DNA of 64,000 nt from Planctomycetota bacterium (GCA_965223265.1 OZ244999.1:8320001-8384000); one strand, 5' to 3'; shown: positions 1 to 10,985, numbered from the stretch's first letter. Made by a program: numbers and translations. Notes: generated by a model not told the origin, from the letters alone.

Positions 1-2
1 TC

Positions 3-2330
3 GAGCGAGGGCCGTTGATCCAAGGCACGACGTCGCACGCGCCCGGTCTCGTCGGTCAGCTGCGTTCCGATCGGTCGCTGACCCAGATGTTAATGTACAG
101 CGTTCAGCTCTACAGCGAGCTTGAACTCGACGGCGAAAAAGGCTATTGGGGCGTCGGATCGCTGCGCGCTGCGTCGACTCCCGAGCGCCTCGACGAACTC
201 AAGTCGCAGCACGGGTTCGCGCAGGCGGTGGGACTCGAGGCGGAGCTCATTGGCGCGGACGAAGTTGCCAGGCGCTTTCCGCTCGTCGACGCGTCGCGGG
301 TCGAGGGGGCGCTCTTCCTGCCGGGCGACGGCTCTGCAAATGCGATGACTCTCGTGCGCGCTCTGCAGGAGCGTGCGCGCCAAGGAGGCGTCGAGTTCTT
401 CGATCACTGCGTGGTGGAGTCCATCGATACGAGCGCCGGTGCGGTCACCGCGATTGAGACTTCGAAGGGAAGGATCGAAACGGAGATTGTCGTCGTCGCT
501 GCCGGGATCTGGTCACCACAGTTGGGGCGACTCGTCGGCGTCGGGATTCCGCTCGTACCGATGCAGCATCAATACGTCAGAACGGCACCCCTTGCAGAGC
601 TCAGCGGACTTCGGCTGCCGAACCTTCGCGATCCCGATCATTCGACCTACCTGCGACAAGACGGCGAGTCGCTGGTCATCGGCGGCTACGAGAGCAATCC
701 GGCGCCGTTCTCCGTCGACGCGATCCCTGACCGTGCTAACCCGACGGTGCAGGAATTCGATGTCGAGCGTTTCGAATCGCTGCGGCGTGGTAGCGCGGTG
801 ATGACGCCGTGTATTGCGGGTGCTGACCTTGTCGATTGCGTCAACGGCCTCGAGTCGTTCACCGCTGATGGTGAGTTTATTCTCGGCGAAGCGCCGAACG
901 TCAAAGGCTTCTGGGTCGCGTGCGGGTTTTGCGCCCATGGCGTCTCCGGTGCCGGCGGGGTCGGGCGTGTCATGGCCGAATGGATCGTCAGCGGCGAACC
1001 GAGTTGGGACCTCTGGCACATGGACGTGCGCCGCTTCAGTCGTCACGCCGCCGGCAGCGACTACGTCCGTCGGCGTGCGATGGAGATTTACGGCAACTAC
1101 TACGCCCTGGCGCACCCGCACCGTGAACGGGAGAGCGAACGTCCCTTGCGAACGAGTCCGGCGTACGATCGCGTTAAGCGCCTCGGTGCCGTTTTCGGTG
1201 AGAAAGCGGGATGGGAGCGAGCCAATTGGTTTCAGCCGAACGCCAGCGGCGACCGTCACACACCGACGCGGTGGCGGCCTCGATCTTTTGCCGCGGAACA
1301 CTGGTCCGAGGCGATCGCAACGGAGCACGCTGTGACCCGCGAGCGAGTGGCGCTCTTCGACGTCTCATCGTTCAGCAAATTCGAGCTCTCCGGCCCGCGA
1401 AGTCTTGAGTCGCTCGAACGGTTGTGTGCCAACCGCATCGACCAACCCGTCGGCTCGGTGATCTACACACAGATGTGCAACGCGAGCGGCGGCATAGAGT
1501 GTGACCTCACGGTGACGCGACTCGAGGCTGACCGTTTCCGTGTCGTGACTGGGACTGCATTCGGAGTTCATGACGGCGCTTGGATCCGTCGACATCTGCC
1601 GGCGGACGGGAGCGTGGTGCTGCGCGATGTCTCAGGCACCTATGCAGTCTACGGTGTCTGGGGGCCGCGCGCGCGCGACTTGATGGAGTCGCTCTCTGAC
1701 GACGATTTTTCCGACGCGGGATTCCCATATCTGACGGCGGCGTCGGTGACTCTCGACTCGGTGCCAGTCGAAGCTTCAAGGGTTACGTACGTCGGCGAGC
1801 TCGGCTGGGAGCTCTACTGCACGGCGGAGTTTGCGCTGCGGCTTTGGGACACGCTGTGGCGCAAGGGCCAAGAGTTCGACGCCGTGGCAGCAGGCTATCG
1901 CGCGATCGACTCGCTGCGTCTCGAGAAGGGCTATCGCTACTGGGGCGCCGACATCACGAGCAAGGACACACCGTACGAGGCGGGACTTGGGTTTGCCGTC
2001 AAACTTGACAAGGGCGACTTCATCGGCCGAGAGGCGCTACAGAGCGCGAAGGCACGCGGCCTTGAGCGTCGACTCCGCTGCCTGACGATTGACGATCCAC
2101 GCGCGACCGTGATCGGCGGGGAGCCTTGTTTTCAGGGGGGCGAAGTGATCGGCTACGTCACCAGTGGTGGCTACGGCTACACGGTCGAGAAGTCGATCGC
2201 GTTTGCTTATTTGCCCGCGGCCATCAAGCGTGGGGCACTGCTGGAGCTCGAGCTCTTCTCGGAGCGCTTTGAGGCTCGCGTTGAGCGTGAACCCTTGTTT
2301 GATCCCAAGGGCGAGAAGATTCGGGCCTAA
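3..2330 (+). CDS. FAD-dependent oxidoreductase with GcvT domains (dimethylglycine/sarcosine dehydrogenase-like), 5'-partial
   Basis: TTSHAPG FAD region, then GcvT motifs TYVGELGWE and SLRLEKGY. The frame is open from the window edge. Confidence 0.9.
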   Translation, partial: ERGPLIQGTTSHAPGLVGQLRSDRSLTQMLMYSVQLYSELELDGEKGYWGVGSLRAASTPERLDELKSQHGFAQAVGLEAELIGADEVARRFPLVDASRVEGALFLPGDGSANAMTLVRALQERARQGGVEFFDHCVVESIDTSAGAVTAIETSKGRIETEIVVVAAGIWSPQLGRLVGVGIPLVPMQHQYVRTAPLAELSGLRLPNLRDPDHSTYLRQDGESLVIGGYESNPAPFSVDAIPDRANPTVQEFDVERFESLRRGSAVMTPCIAGADLVDCVNGLESFTADGEFILGEAPNVKGFWVACGFCAHGVSGAGGVGRVMAEWIVSGEPSWDLWHMDVRRFSRHAAGSDYVRRRAMEIYGNYYALAHPHRERESERPLRTSPAYDRVKRLGAVFGEKAGWERANWFQPNASGDRHTPTRWRPRSFAAEHWSEAIATEHAVTRERVALFDVSSFSKFELSGPRSLESLERLCANRIDQPVGSVIYTQMCNASGGIECDLTVTRLEADRFRVVTGTAFGVHDGAWIRRHLPADGSVVLRDVSGTYAVYGVWGPRARDLMESLSDDDFSDAGFPYLTAASVTLDSVPVEASRVTYVGELGWELYCTAEFALRLWDTLWRKGQEFDAVAAGYRAIDSLRLEKGYRYWGADITSKDTPYEAGLGFAVKLDKGDFIGREALQSAKARGLERRLRCLTIDDPRATVIGGEPCFQGGEVIGYVTSGGYGYTVEKSIAFAYLPAAIKRGALLELELFSERFEARVEREPLFDPKGEKIRA

Positions 2331-2489
2331 CAGCCCGTTGAAAAAGTCATTCGGCCGAGAAACTACCCTCTTCACGCCCAGCTCGACCGCGTCAATACTC
2401 AATAATCTCGGAGATTACCTGCGTTTGCCGCAGCCGATCTGGACGCGAAGAGACCAGTTTTCGGCTCGAAGCACTTTTTCACCGGGCTG
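2331..2489. mobile_element. 159-bp MITE with IS5/IS1182-like ends
   Basis: Terminal IR CAGCCCG(T/G)TGAAAAAGT, flanked by CTAA on both sides (2327-2330, 2490-2493). The first 15 bp match the ends of the IS at 34778-36296. Confidence 0.85.
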
Positions 2490-2685
2490 CTAAGGCGTTG
2501 GCGGTGATGTGGCAACCGCCTGATCCTTCTTTCGCAGCTCTGACGTTTGGCGTACGATGAGCTGATTCAGATCTCCATTGGTAGTCTGCGCCTGCCGGCC
2601 AGCGCTTTGCACACAGGGCGCACCGGGTGCGACTCGAGAGTTGCGTGATGAGATCACCTTGCGGCAAGGGATGACGGGGAGAGGT

Positions 2686-5600
2686 ATGGCAGCGCAAACG
2701 CAGAGACAAGTGTGGCCTTGGCGTGATTTGAGTTTCGCTTTGACTCTTTCCGTGCTCGTCTGCGCACCTGGTGACGCCGGCGATTGGCCGATGTTCCGGC
2801 ACGACGCGGCGCGCACCGGGCACACGCCCGAAGAACTTGCCGCGGAGCTCTTCCCGCAGTGGGTTTATCGTCACCCAGAGGCGCCGCGTCCCGCTTGGCC
2901 GCGGCGAGGTCGATTGAGCTTCGACCGAGCGTACGAGCCGGTCATCGCCCGCGACATCCTTTGCTTCGGTAGTTCCGCAGACGGTGCTCTGTACGCCCTC
3001 GACGCAGCAACCGGGCGTGTCCTCTGGACGTTTCAGACGGACGCGCCGATTCGTGTCGCGCCCGCAATCGCCGGTGACGTCGTCCTTGCCGGTAGCGACG
3101 ACGGGTTTTTCTATTGTCTCGAACTTCACAGCGGTGAGGAGCGCTGGCGTCTTCGCGCCGCACCCGAGCCGGATTTTCTCTTGGGCAACGAAGCGCTCAT
3201 ATCGCGATGGACTGTTCGAGGTGGTCCGGCGGTGGAGGGCGGTGTCGTATACTTCGCTGCGGGCATTTGGCCGTCGGAAGGGATCCATCTCTATGCCGTC
3301 GACATCGCGACCGGAAAAGTCATCTGGGCCAATCGCGATTCGGGCGGCATCCACATGCCGCAGCCGCACGGAGGCGCCGAGGCAACGAGCGGCGTTTCAG
3401 CGCAGGGGCATCTCGTGGTCACAGACACACAGATTTTCTTGCCAACCGGGCGCGCGGTACCGGCTGCCTTTGACCGTCGCGACGGGCGCTTTCAGTATTA
3501 TCACCTGCAGCGCAACGGTCACGTTGGCGGTGCCGCTGCTATGGCTGTCGACGGGTCTCTCTTCAATGGCGGGGTTCGCTTTGCCGCCACGAGCGGCGAA
3601 CTCGAGGAGAAGCTTGGCCCCGGTGCAACTGCGGCCTTGGCGTCTGGGAGCGGCGTCGTCCGGGCGGCGGGGGACGGGCTCGCTCTCTACCAGTGGGCGG
3701 AGCGCGAAAAGGTCGATCGCAAAGGGCGAGCGTTGATGTGGCGTGGACTCGAAGAGACCTGTCGCATCCCGAACGCCGGCGCCGTGTCGGCCGTCATTAC
3801 AGCCGGCTCGGGCATCGTTTCGGGCGGTGATGGCCGCGTTACTTTGAGCGATCAGATCGAGCAGCGTGTGCTCTGGTCCGCACCAGTAGAAGGTGTCGCG
3901 CGCGCCCTGGCGGTCGCTGGGGGAAGACTCTATGTCAGTACCGAAGAAGGCGTGATTCACTGCTTCGGGCGCGAGCGCGTGCCGTCTGCGCCCACGCCGG
4001 CATCCACGGCTGCTGCCACGCGCCCAGCGATTGCCGACGACTCGCAGAGCGAGTTTTTCGCAGGCCTCGCTACCGAGACCATCGACCGAACGGGCGTGAC
4101 GTCGGGCTTCTGCGTCGACCTCGGCGCCGGCGACGGTACGTTCGCCTTGGAGCTGGCACGACGCTCGAATCTGATCATCTACGGTGTCGAGTCGGATCGC
4201 GACTTAGTCGAGCGCGCGCGCTCGAAGCTGCGTCGGGCAGGTCTTTACGGGCAACGTGTCGTGATGCATCACCGACCGCTCGACGCGACACACTACCCGA
4301 ACTATTTCGCCGACCTGGTAGTTTCTTCGCATGCTGCAAGGTCCGCGCGGGAAGCCAAAGGGCGCAGTGAGCAAAGTGGCACGCCGCACGATCAGAAGAG
4401 CCTGCGGCGTGAGGCGGAGCGCCTGCAGCGGCCGTACGGCGGCGTCATCGCGCTCGGTCCGCCGGGTGCGATCGAGGTTCAGCGCCGCGGGCCGCTGGCT
4501 GGGGCGGGCTCGTGGACACATCAGTACGCCGACCCAGCCAACACGATCTGCTCGCAGGACGAGGTCAAAGGACGCTTGCGTCTCCTCTGGTTCCGCGAAG
4601 TCGATCAAGACCTAACGCAGCGTCATGGACGCGGTCCATCGCCACTGTTCGTTGACGGGATGATTCTTTCTGAAGGCCTTGATTCCCTCGTGGCGGTGAG
4701 CGCGTACAACGGGAGGCTGCTGTGGGAGTATGCACTCCCCGGCATCCTTCGCGCGTACGACGGCGATCATCTCATGGGTACGGCAGGCACGCACAGTAAC
4801 TACTGCGCCGGTGACGCCAGCGTGTTTGTCCGTCGCGCTGACGCGTGTCTCGAGATCGATCTTGCCACCGGCAAGCTCAAGCGTGAGATCAAGCTCCCAG
4901 AACATCGCGACACACGTGGCGAAAGAAATGCGACGAACCAAGTCGCGGCGACGCCACGGCGTTGGGGTTACATTGCGACGGCCGACGGGCTGCTCTTCGG
5001 TTCCGCCGCCGACCCTCAACACGTCGTCACGTACCGCTACAAGCCAGGGGGCGACCTCAGCGCTCAGTTGACCGAGTCGTCGAGCTTTTTTGCGATCGAT
5101 CTCGACACATCACGAATCCTATGGCATTACAAAGCCGAACATTCGATCCGGCACAACGCGATCGCTATCGGCGCTGGTCGGGTTTATCTCATCGATCGAC
5201 CGCAGGCAGCCTACGATCGCAAGCGTGGTCGGCGGCCAGAGCAGGCGCGGGACGAGACCGGCGCGCTGTTGGCGCTCGATGCGCGGAGTGGCGAGGTCCT
5301 CTGGCGCAATGATCGCGACATCTATGGCACCGTGCTGGCGCTCGACGTCGCGTCTCAGGCGCTCCTCATGAGCTATCAACCAACGGACTTTCGACTCGCC
5401 TCGGAGGTTGGTGGGCGCCTCACGGTGTTCGGGACGCCGAACGGCCACAGGCGCTGGGAGAAGAAGGCACAGTATCGCTCGCGCCCGTCGATCAACGGCG
5501 GCACGATCTACGCCCAGGGCGGCGCTTGGGATGTGGGCAGCGGCGAAGAGCGGCAGTTCCCACTCAACCGTTCGTACGGCTGCGGCATCCTCGCCAGCGG

Positions 5601-5817
5601 CCGACACCTCATGGTTTTTCGCTCCGCGACGCTCGGTTACGTCGAAATCGGCGGCTCGCGCGGCGTCGAGAATTTCGGCGGCATGCGACCGGGCTGCTGG
5701 ATCAACGCCATCCCTGCCGGCGGTCTCGTGCTGGTGCCCGATGGTTCTTCCGGGTGCGTCTGCAGCTACCAAAACAAAGCGTGGGTGGCACTCGAGGGCG
5801 TGGCGCGAGCGGATTGA
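2686..5817 (+). CDS. Secreted PQQ-like beta-propeller repeat protein with a central class I SAM-methyltransferase-like domain
   Basis: Signal-like N-terminus, DWPMFRHD, repeated ALDA.TG..LW motifs, VDLGAGDG SAM motif. Start placed at the ATG after GGAGAGG. Confidence 0.8.
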   Translation: MAAQTQRQVWPWRDLSFALTLSVLVCAPGDAGDWPMFRHDAARTGHTPEELAAELFPQWVYRHPEAPRPAWPRRGRLSFDRAYEPVIARDILCFGSSADGALYALDAATGRVLWTFQTDAPIRVAPAIAGDVVLAGSDDGFFYCLELHSGEERWRLRAAPEPDFLLGNEALISRWTVRGGPAVEGGVVYFAAGIWPSEGIHLYAVDIATGKVIWANRDSGGIHMPQPHGGAEATSGVSAQGHLVVTDTQIFLPTGRAVPAAFDRRDGRFQYYHLQRNGHVGGAAAMAVDGSLFNGGVRFAATSGELEEKLGPGATAALASGSGVVRAAGDGLALYQWAEREKVDRKGRALMWRGLEETCRIPNAGAVSAVITAGSGIVSGGDGRVTLSDQIEQRVLWSAPVEGVARALAVAGGRLYVSTEEGVIHCFGRERVPSAPTPASTAAATRPAIADDSQSEFFAGLATETIDRTGVTSGFCVDLGAGDGTFALELARRSNLIIYGVESDRDLVERARSKLRRAGLYGQRVVMHHRPLDATHYPNYFADLVVSSHAARSAREAKGRSEQSGTPHDQKSLRREAERLQRPYGGVIALGPPGAIEVQRRGPLAGAGSWTHQYADPANTICSQDEVKGRLRLLWFREVDQDLTQRHGRGPSPLFVDGMILSEGLDSLVAVSAYNGRLLWEYALPGILRAYDGDHLMGTAGTHSNYCAGDASVFVRRADACLEIDLATGKLKREIKLPEHRDTRGERNATNQVAATPRRWGYIATADGLLFGSAADPQHVVTYRYKPGGDLSAQLTESSSFFAIDLDTSRILWHYKAEHSIRHNAIAIGAGRVYLIDRPQAAYDRKRGRRPEQARDETGALLALDARSGEVLWRNDRDIYGTVLALDVASQALLMSYQPTDFRLASEVGGRLTVFGTPNGHRRWEKKAQYRSRPSINGGTIYAQGGAWDVGSGEERQFPLNRSYGCGILASGRHLMVFRSATLGYVEIGGSRGVENFGGMRPGCWINAIPAGGLVLVPDGSSGCVCSYQNKAWVALEGVARAD

Positions 5818-5890
5818 GAGTCGACTTCCATGACCGTGACCATGACCGAGGCCGTGAGTTTCGACGCACGACTCCATCGGCGCCTGAGCA

Positions 5891-8416
5891 TCAAAGAGCC
5901 GCGAGGATGATCGCCACGTAAAGCGCCGTCGGTGCCCAGCGGCAGGTGACGTCGGGAGCTCGGCGCGGCATGACGACCGCGATAGCGAACGCCGCGGCAA
6001 GGAGCCACCACGAGACGCGGGTGAGCTCGGCGGTTCCGGTTGCCAGGGGTGCCAGCAGCGCTGCCAACGCCGCCGCGGTCAAGAGTCGGCGTGACCACAC
6101 GAGGAAAAGCGCCAGGGCTTGACTCTCTTGACCGCTTTCGATGCGGCGTTCGATCCATGCGGAGATCAACACGCAGAGGCTCGGCAGCGTCGCCAGCCAC
6201 AACATCGGCTCGCTGGTTGTGGTGAGAAGAAGCAGAGCGGACGCACCGAGGAATGTGGATTTGGCGAAACGCCAACGTCGATCGGCGAACCCCAGATCCT
6301 CACGAAAGCGCCGGTTTTTGAGGTGAGCGAAGAGCGCGAAGGGGGCGAGAAGACTTAGGGGAAGACTTGCGCATGCAAGGTCGCGCCAGGAACTGAGTTG
6401 GTTTGGGCTGCTGAGCGGCCAGAAAAGATGGTGCGAGATGTTTCCACCAAGTCTGGGTGCTAGCGCGTGGGTGACGGTGAGGTGCCAAAGAAGAGTGACG
6501 CCGATGGCAACGAGCACGGCGATCACGGTGCCGCGGCGCAGGAGGTGATGGAGTGACTTTTCCCCGGCATGGAACGTCGCGATGCCGACTGCTGGGAGTA
6601 TCCAGCCTCCGACGCCGCCGAGGAGGAAAGCGCCGAGCGCCATCATCAGAGAGAGCGGTGCTGCACCGCGACGCGCTTGAGCGTTGACAGCCTGGCCTTT
6701 CAGATAGAAGAAGAAACTCGATTGGACCAGGGCGACGAAGGTGAGTGCCGCGGCCGGCTGTGCTGCGGCGTTCAAGAACAGCAGCGTCGTTGTCAGCAGC
6801 GAAGCACTCAGAATACCCGCCGCCTGACTTCCCGTTCTGCGTGCAAACAGATACGTCAGGAGCGACGTCAAGACGCCCGACACGACCGCTAGTATCGATG
6901 CTATAGCGGACGCCAGGCGTGGCGTCGCGTCAACAAGACCGCGTGCGAGCGCCGCGACTCCGGCAAATCCATCGCCCGCGAATTGAGCGATATCGGGAGC
7001 GCTCTGCGCCGTTGCGATGGCGCGCAGGCGGACCGCCGTCAAGATCAGCGCAGTAGCGATGAGAAGGTCACGAGTCTGCAGCACGGCAGCAAGCGATAGC
7101 CGCTTCGAGGCCGGTGCCGGCGGTGCGTTTGTTTCGAGTGCCCCTTGCCTACGTGAAGCGTCGTGATGCGCCTCAGCCGGAATCGCGACGCCCGTACCGG
7201 CACCGTCGGTCTGACGAGCGTCTGAAGGTTTTCCGAGGCCACCGATCGCAGTGGACTTCGGTCTTTCGTCGAGCTTCGTCGCGCTACGTACTGCAGTGCT
7301 GAGTTCTGTCGCCACCTCGTCGACCGCGATGGACTTCATGCAGTAGCTCCACGTCGAGTGGTCGCACTCGCGCCGGCTGCACGGGATGCAGCTCGCCACC
7401 TCCGGGTGGTATGCGACGGTCACGTGCTCGCCGATGGGAGCGGTGCGGTCGGGGTCCTGCGGTCCAAACAGGGCGACGCAGCGCAGGCCCGTGGCGGCTG
7501 CGATGTGGAGGCAGCCTGAGTCGCCACCGACAAACGCGTGACCGGGTGCCGGCGACTGCGCCAGGAGCTGAAGAACGGCGCTGATCTCGGCAAGCGAGAG
7601 CGTGCCGACTTCGAAGCGCAATCGATCGTGGGCGCTCGGCAGGTGCTTTCGGACTTCCTCGCCGCTGGTGATTTCGTCGGGTCCGCCGCAGACAAGGACG
7701 CGCGCGCCAGCATTGAGCAAACGAACGGCAAGCGCTCCGAACCGCTCCGCAGGCCAGCCGCGGACGTCCTCGAGTCGACTCAGCTGTAGAACGACGACAC
7801 GCTCGGTCTCGAGGTCGATCCCGCGTAGTGCCTCGCCCGCACGCTCTCGTTCGGCTGCCCTAGCGTTTAACCCAAAGCGGGGTGTCGTATCTGGCAGCCC
7901 GAGCCAGTCGGCAAATTCGATGGCGCGACGGGTTTTGTTCCCAGAAGAGAGTTTAGGAAGCTTGTAGTTCGTGAAGAGTGGGTTCCAGTGTTCACGGCAA
8001 TCGCCGCGATGGAATCCGAGTCGGATCCGCGCGCCGCACAGCACGTCGACGACGCCGCTCTTGAGATTGCCATGTAGGTCGACGACTGCGTCGACATTGT
8101 GCTGGCGAAGAATACGCTTCCACGTTGGCACTGCCTTGAAGAGCGAACCTCTCGGCAGTGCGATGACCGAATCGAGAGCTCCAACGTCCTCGAGCAGCGG
8201 TGTGGAGCCGCCATGTGCGATCCAGCTTAGCCGCACATCGTCGCCGACGAGGTCGCGGAGAAACCAAGCAATCGGCAACGTTGCGACCACATCGCCGATG
8301 CTGCCGAGTCGAACGATCGCGACGTGCTGTGCGCTTCGCAGCAGCTGGGCAACTTCTTCGGCCGGGCGAGCCTTGGCGTTCGCTGCTCTGAGATCCATCC
8401 GCTGATGCTGGTTCAC
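5891..8416 (-). CDS. GT9 heptosyltransferase-like domain fused to an ArnT/PMT-like multi-pass membrane domain
   Basis: RLGSIGDVV, DLHG, GGDSGCLHIAAA, ALFGP (GT9). After a linker, about 400 aa of hydrophobic helices. Confidence 0.75.
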   Translation of the reverse strand: MNQHQRMDLRAANAKARPAEEVAQLLRSAQHVAIVRLGSIGDVVATLPIAWFLRDLVGDDVRLSWIAHGGSTPLLEDVGALDSVIALPRGSLFKAVPTWKRILRQHNVDAVVDLHGNLKSGVVDVLCGARIRLGFHRGDCREHWNPLFTNYKLPKLSSGNKTRRAIEFADWLGLPDTTPRFGLNARAAERERAGEALRGIDLETERVVVLQLSRLEDVRGWPAERFGALAVRLLNAGARVLVCGGPDEITSGEEVRKHLPSAHDRLRFEVGTLSLAEISAVLQLLAQSPAPGHAFVGGDSGCLHIAAATGLRCVALFGPQDPDRTAPIGEHVTVAYHPEVASCIPCSRRECDHSTWSYCMKSIAVDEVATELSTAVRSATKLDERPKSTAIGGLGKPSDARQTDGAGTGVAIPAEAHHDASRRQGALETNAPPAPASKRLSLAAVLQTRDLLIATALILTAVRLRAIATAQSAPDIAQFAGDGFAGVAALARGLVDATPRLASAIASILAVVSGVLTSLLTYLFARRTGSQAAGILSASLLTTTLLFLNAAAQPAAALTFVALVQSSFFFYLKGQAVNAQARRGAAPLSLMMALGAFLLGGVGGWILPAVGIATFHAGEKSLHHLLRRGTVIAVLVAIGVTLLWHLTVTHALAPRLGGNISHHLFWPLSSPNQLSSWRDLACASLPLSLLAPFALFAHLKNRRFREDLGFADRRWRFAKSTFLGASALLLLTTTSEPMLWLATLPSLCVLISAWIERRIESGQESQALALFLVWSRRLLTAAALAALLAPLATGTAELTRVSWWLLAAAFAIAVVMPRRAPDVTCRWAPTALYVAIILAAL

Positions 8417-8470
8417 CGTGGTGTGTTGTCGTGCGGCATTGCCTCGCGAAGAGCTTCGCAGCCGGAAGGC

Positions 8471-8944
8471 TTACTCCACCTCGGCGAATACACTGAGCTG
8501 CACCGCCGCATCAAGCGGCATTTCGTTGATCCCAAGGGCTGTCCGCGTGTGTCTTCCACGCTCGCCGAAGATTTCGTTCATGAGCTCGGAGGCGCCATTG
8601 AGAACTTGAGGATGGCCACGGAACCCTGGCGCTGAGTGGACGTTGCCCTCGAGGCGCACGATTTGGCGGACGCGGCTCAAGTCACCAGTGGCTGCCCGCA
8701 ACTGGGCGATGGCGTTGATCGCACAGAGGCGCGCCGCCTGATAACCTTCGTCGACCGACAGCTCGCCGCCCAGTTTGCCGGCGTAGGCCATCTCGCCGCC
8801 GCGCCAGGGCAACTGACCCGAGGTCATGACCAGGTTGCCCGTGCGAATCCAGGGCAGGTACGCGGCGACCGCGGCCGGCGCTTCCGGGAGCTCGATCCCC
8901 AACGCTTGAAGACGATCCTCCGGTGTCTGATTCTGTGCCGTCAT
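8471..8944 (-). CDS. RidA/YjgF/UK114 family protein
   Basis: SGQLP, NGASEL, GRHTRTALG..MPLDAAV. Confidence 0.9.
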   Translation of the reverse strand: MTAQNQTPEDRLQALGIELPEAPAAVAAYLPWIRTGNLVMTSGQLPWRGGEMAYAGKLGGELSVDEGYQAARLCAINAIAQLRAATGDLSRVRQIVRLEGNVHSAPGFRGHPQVLNGASELMNEIFGERGRHTRTALGINEMPLDAAVQLSVFAEVE

Positions 8945-8972
8945 GGCTGATTCTTCCTCAATGGCCCTTGGA

Positions 8973-9371
8973 TCATGCCGTTCCGACGTGCAGGTCTCCG
9001 ACCTCGATCACGTATCCATCCAGATCACGAAAAAAGAAGCGTTCGAACGGTGTGTCCCGCTGCGGGTCGATCAGTCGACCGCCATGCTCCACGATGCGTT
9101 TCTTGAGTTCAGCGAAACCGCTCTGAGGATAGGCGAATGCCACGTGGCGTCCGAACTCGGCCTCATAGCGGCTGATTTCGAAGTCACTCACTTCGAGGAG
9201 ATGCAGCTCCGTACCCGCAGCGATCGACAGCCATGCCGCCGGCCGCTCGATGTTTTGCGGCCGCTCGATCGGCTGCCACCCGAACGCTTTCGTGTAGAAA
9301 CTCGCGGCGCGCTGAACGTCGCGTGTTGCCAGAGTTAGATGCGCGAAGATGGGAGACGTCGGCTGAGCCAT
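8973..9371 (-). CDS. VOC/glyoxalase family protein
   Basis: HLTL..RDV..A..FY, HVAF, FFRDLDGYVIEV. Confidence 0.85.
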   Translation of the reverse strand: MAQPTSPIFAHLTLATRDVQRAASFYTKAFGWQPIERPQNIERPAAWLSIAAGTELHLLEVSDFEISRYEAEFGRHVAFAYPQSGFAELKKRIVEHGGRLIDPQRDTPFERFFFRDLDGYVIEVGDLHVGTA

Positions 9372-9652
9372 GGTAGGTTCCGTATGCTTCAACGGTCGAC
9401 CCAATCATCGACCGCGGATAGGGTACAAGTTTCTCGTCATGAAAGCACTGCTCGCGCATCCCGAGCCGCGAAATTCGATCGTGGAGCGTCGCGATGGCCG
9501 CTCTGCAAGAGGCTGTTTCGGCGCCCTTCCGGCGGTTCCCGACTGCGCGTCGGCGCGGTGGATTTCGTCGCCAACTCTGGTAAGCTACGCCAGGTGTACG
9601 GATGGCGACGTGGCTCTTTTCTCTTGGTCTTCTCTCCTCTCCACGCAGACGC

Positions 9653-10447
9653 ATGCAACAATACCTCCAACTGATGCAGCACATTCTCGACCATGGAGTC
9701 GAGAAAGCGGACCGTACCGGCACTGGGACGCGCAGCGTGTTCGGTTACCAGATGCGTTTTGACCTCAGCGCCGGGTTTCCTCTCGTGACGACGAAGAAGC
9801 TGCATTTGAAGAGCATCATTTACGAACTGCTCTGGTTCATCCGCGGCGACACGAACACCAAGTACCTCAACGACCATGGTGTCAGCATTTGGGACGAGTG
9901 GGCCGACGCCAACGGCGACTTGGGTCCGGTCTACGGTGCGCAGTGGCGATCCTGGCGCAGCGCGGATGGTGGCGTGGTGGATCAGTTGTCCCAAGTGATC
10001 GAAACGCTGCGCGTGAAACCCGATTCTCGCCGCATGATCGTGTCAGCGTGGAATGTCGGCGAACTCGACCGTATGGCGCTGCCGCCTTGCCATCTCCTTT
10101 TTCAGTTCTACGTCGCTGGCGGCGCTCTCTCTTGCCAGCTCTACCAGCGCAGCGCGGACGTCTTTCTCGGCGTGCCTTTCAATATTGCGTCGTACGCACT
10201 GCTCGCCATGATGGTAGCGCAGGTTGTGAACCTTCGTCCCGGCGAGTTCGTCCACACGCTTGGAGATGCGCATCTCTATCTCAACCACCTCGATCAGGCG
10301 AAGCTCCAGCTTAGCCGCGATCCGCGGGCGCTTCCGACCATGGAAATCAATCCAGACGTCACGGACCTTGAGGCGTTTGATTTCGACGATTTCTCCCTGA
10401 ACGGGTACGACCCGCACCCGCACATCAAGGCGCCGGTGGCGGTGTGA
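9653..10447 (+). CDS. thyA: Thymidylate synthase
   Basis: [32 protein letters not shown]. 264 aa from MQQYLQL. Confidence 0.98.
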   Translation: MQQYLQLMQHILDHGVEKADRTGTGTRSVFGYQMRFDLSAGFPLVTTKKLHLKSIIYELLWFIRGDTNTKYLNDHGVSIWDEWADANGDLGPVYGAQWRSWRSADGGVVDQLSQVIETLRVKPDSRRMIVSAWNVGELDRMALPPCHLLFQFYVAGGALSCQLYQRSADVFLGVPFNIASYALLAMMVAQVVNLRPGEFVHTLGDAHLYLNHLDQAKLQLSRDPRALPTMEINPDVTDLEAFDFDDFSLNGYDPHPHIKAPVAV

Positions 10448-10451
10448 TGCT

Positions 10452-10985
10452 GTGATGGTTTCCTGCATCGTCGCCATGTCGGAGAATCAAGTCATCGGCC
10501 GTAGCGGCGACTTGCCATGGCATCTGCCGGCAGACCTAAAGCGCTTCAAGCGTTTGACGATGGGCCACCACATCATCATGGGGCGAAAGACGTGGGACTC
10601 GATCGGTCGGCCGCTGCCTGGCCGCACCAGCGTCGTGGTCTCGCGTGACGGCGCGTTTGCCGCGCCTGGCGCCAGTGTCGTCACGTCCATCGATGGGGCG
10701 ATTGAGTTTGCCGCTGCTGCTGGTGACGACGAGCCGTTCGTCATCGGTGGCGCGGCGATCTACGACTTGGCGCTGCCTCGCATCGGACGTCTCCACTTGA
10801 CGTGGGTCCATGCCATTGTCGAGGGCGACGTCTTTTTTCCTGAGTTGGATCTTGCGGCGTGGGAGTTGGTGACGGCGGAGCGTCACGAGGCGGACGCGCG
10901 CCATGCGTACGCGTACAGCTGGTGCGTCTACGAGCGGCGATCGGCAGCCGTCCCATCACCCAGCGCGAAGCGAACGACTTCGTAG
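10452..10985 (+). CDS. folA: Dihydrofolate reductase
   Basis: LPWHLPADLKRFK, IMGRKTWDSIGRPLPGR, IGGA.IY. Directly follows thyA. Confidence 0.96.
   Translation: MMVSCIVAMSENQVIGRSGDLPWHLPADLKRFKRLTMGHHIIMGRKTWDSIGRPLPGRTSVVVSRDGAFAAPGASVVTSIDGAIEFAAAAGDDEPFVIGGAAIYDLALPRIGRLHLTWVHAIVEGDVFFPELDLAAWELVTAERHEADARHAYAYSWCVYERRSAAVPSPSAKRTTS

Noticed and set aside
10928-10985. folA/hydrolase tail-to-tail overlap as a regulatory feature
   Set aside because: Short convergent overlaps of non-conserved tails are common in GC-rich genomes.
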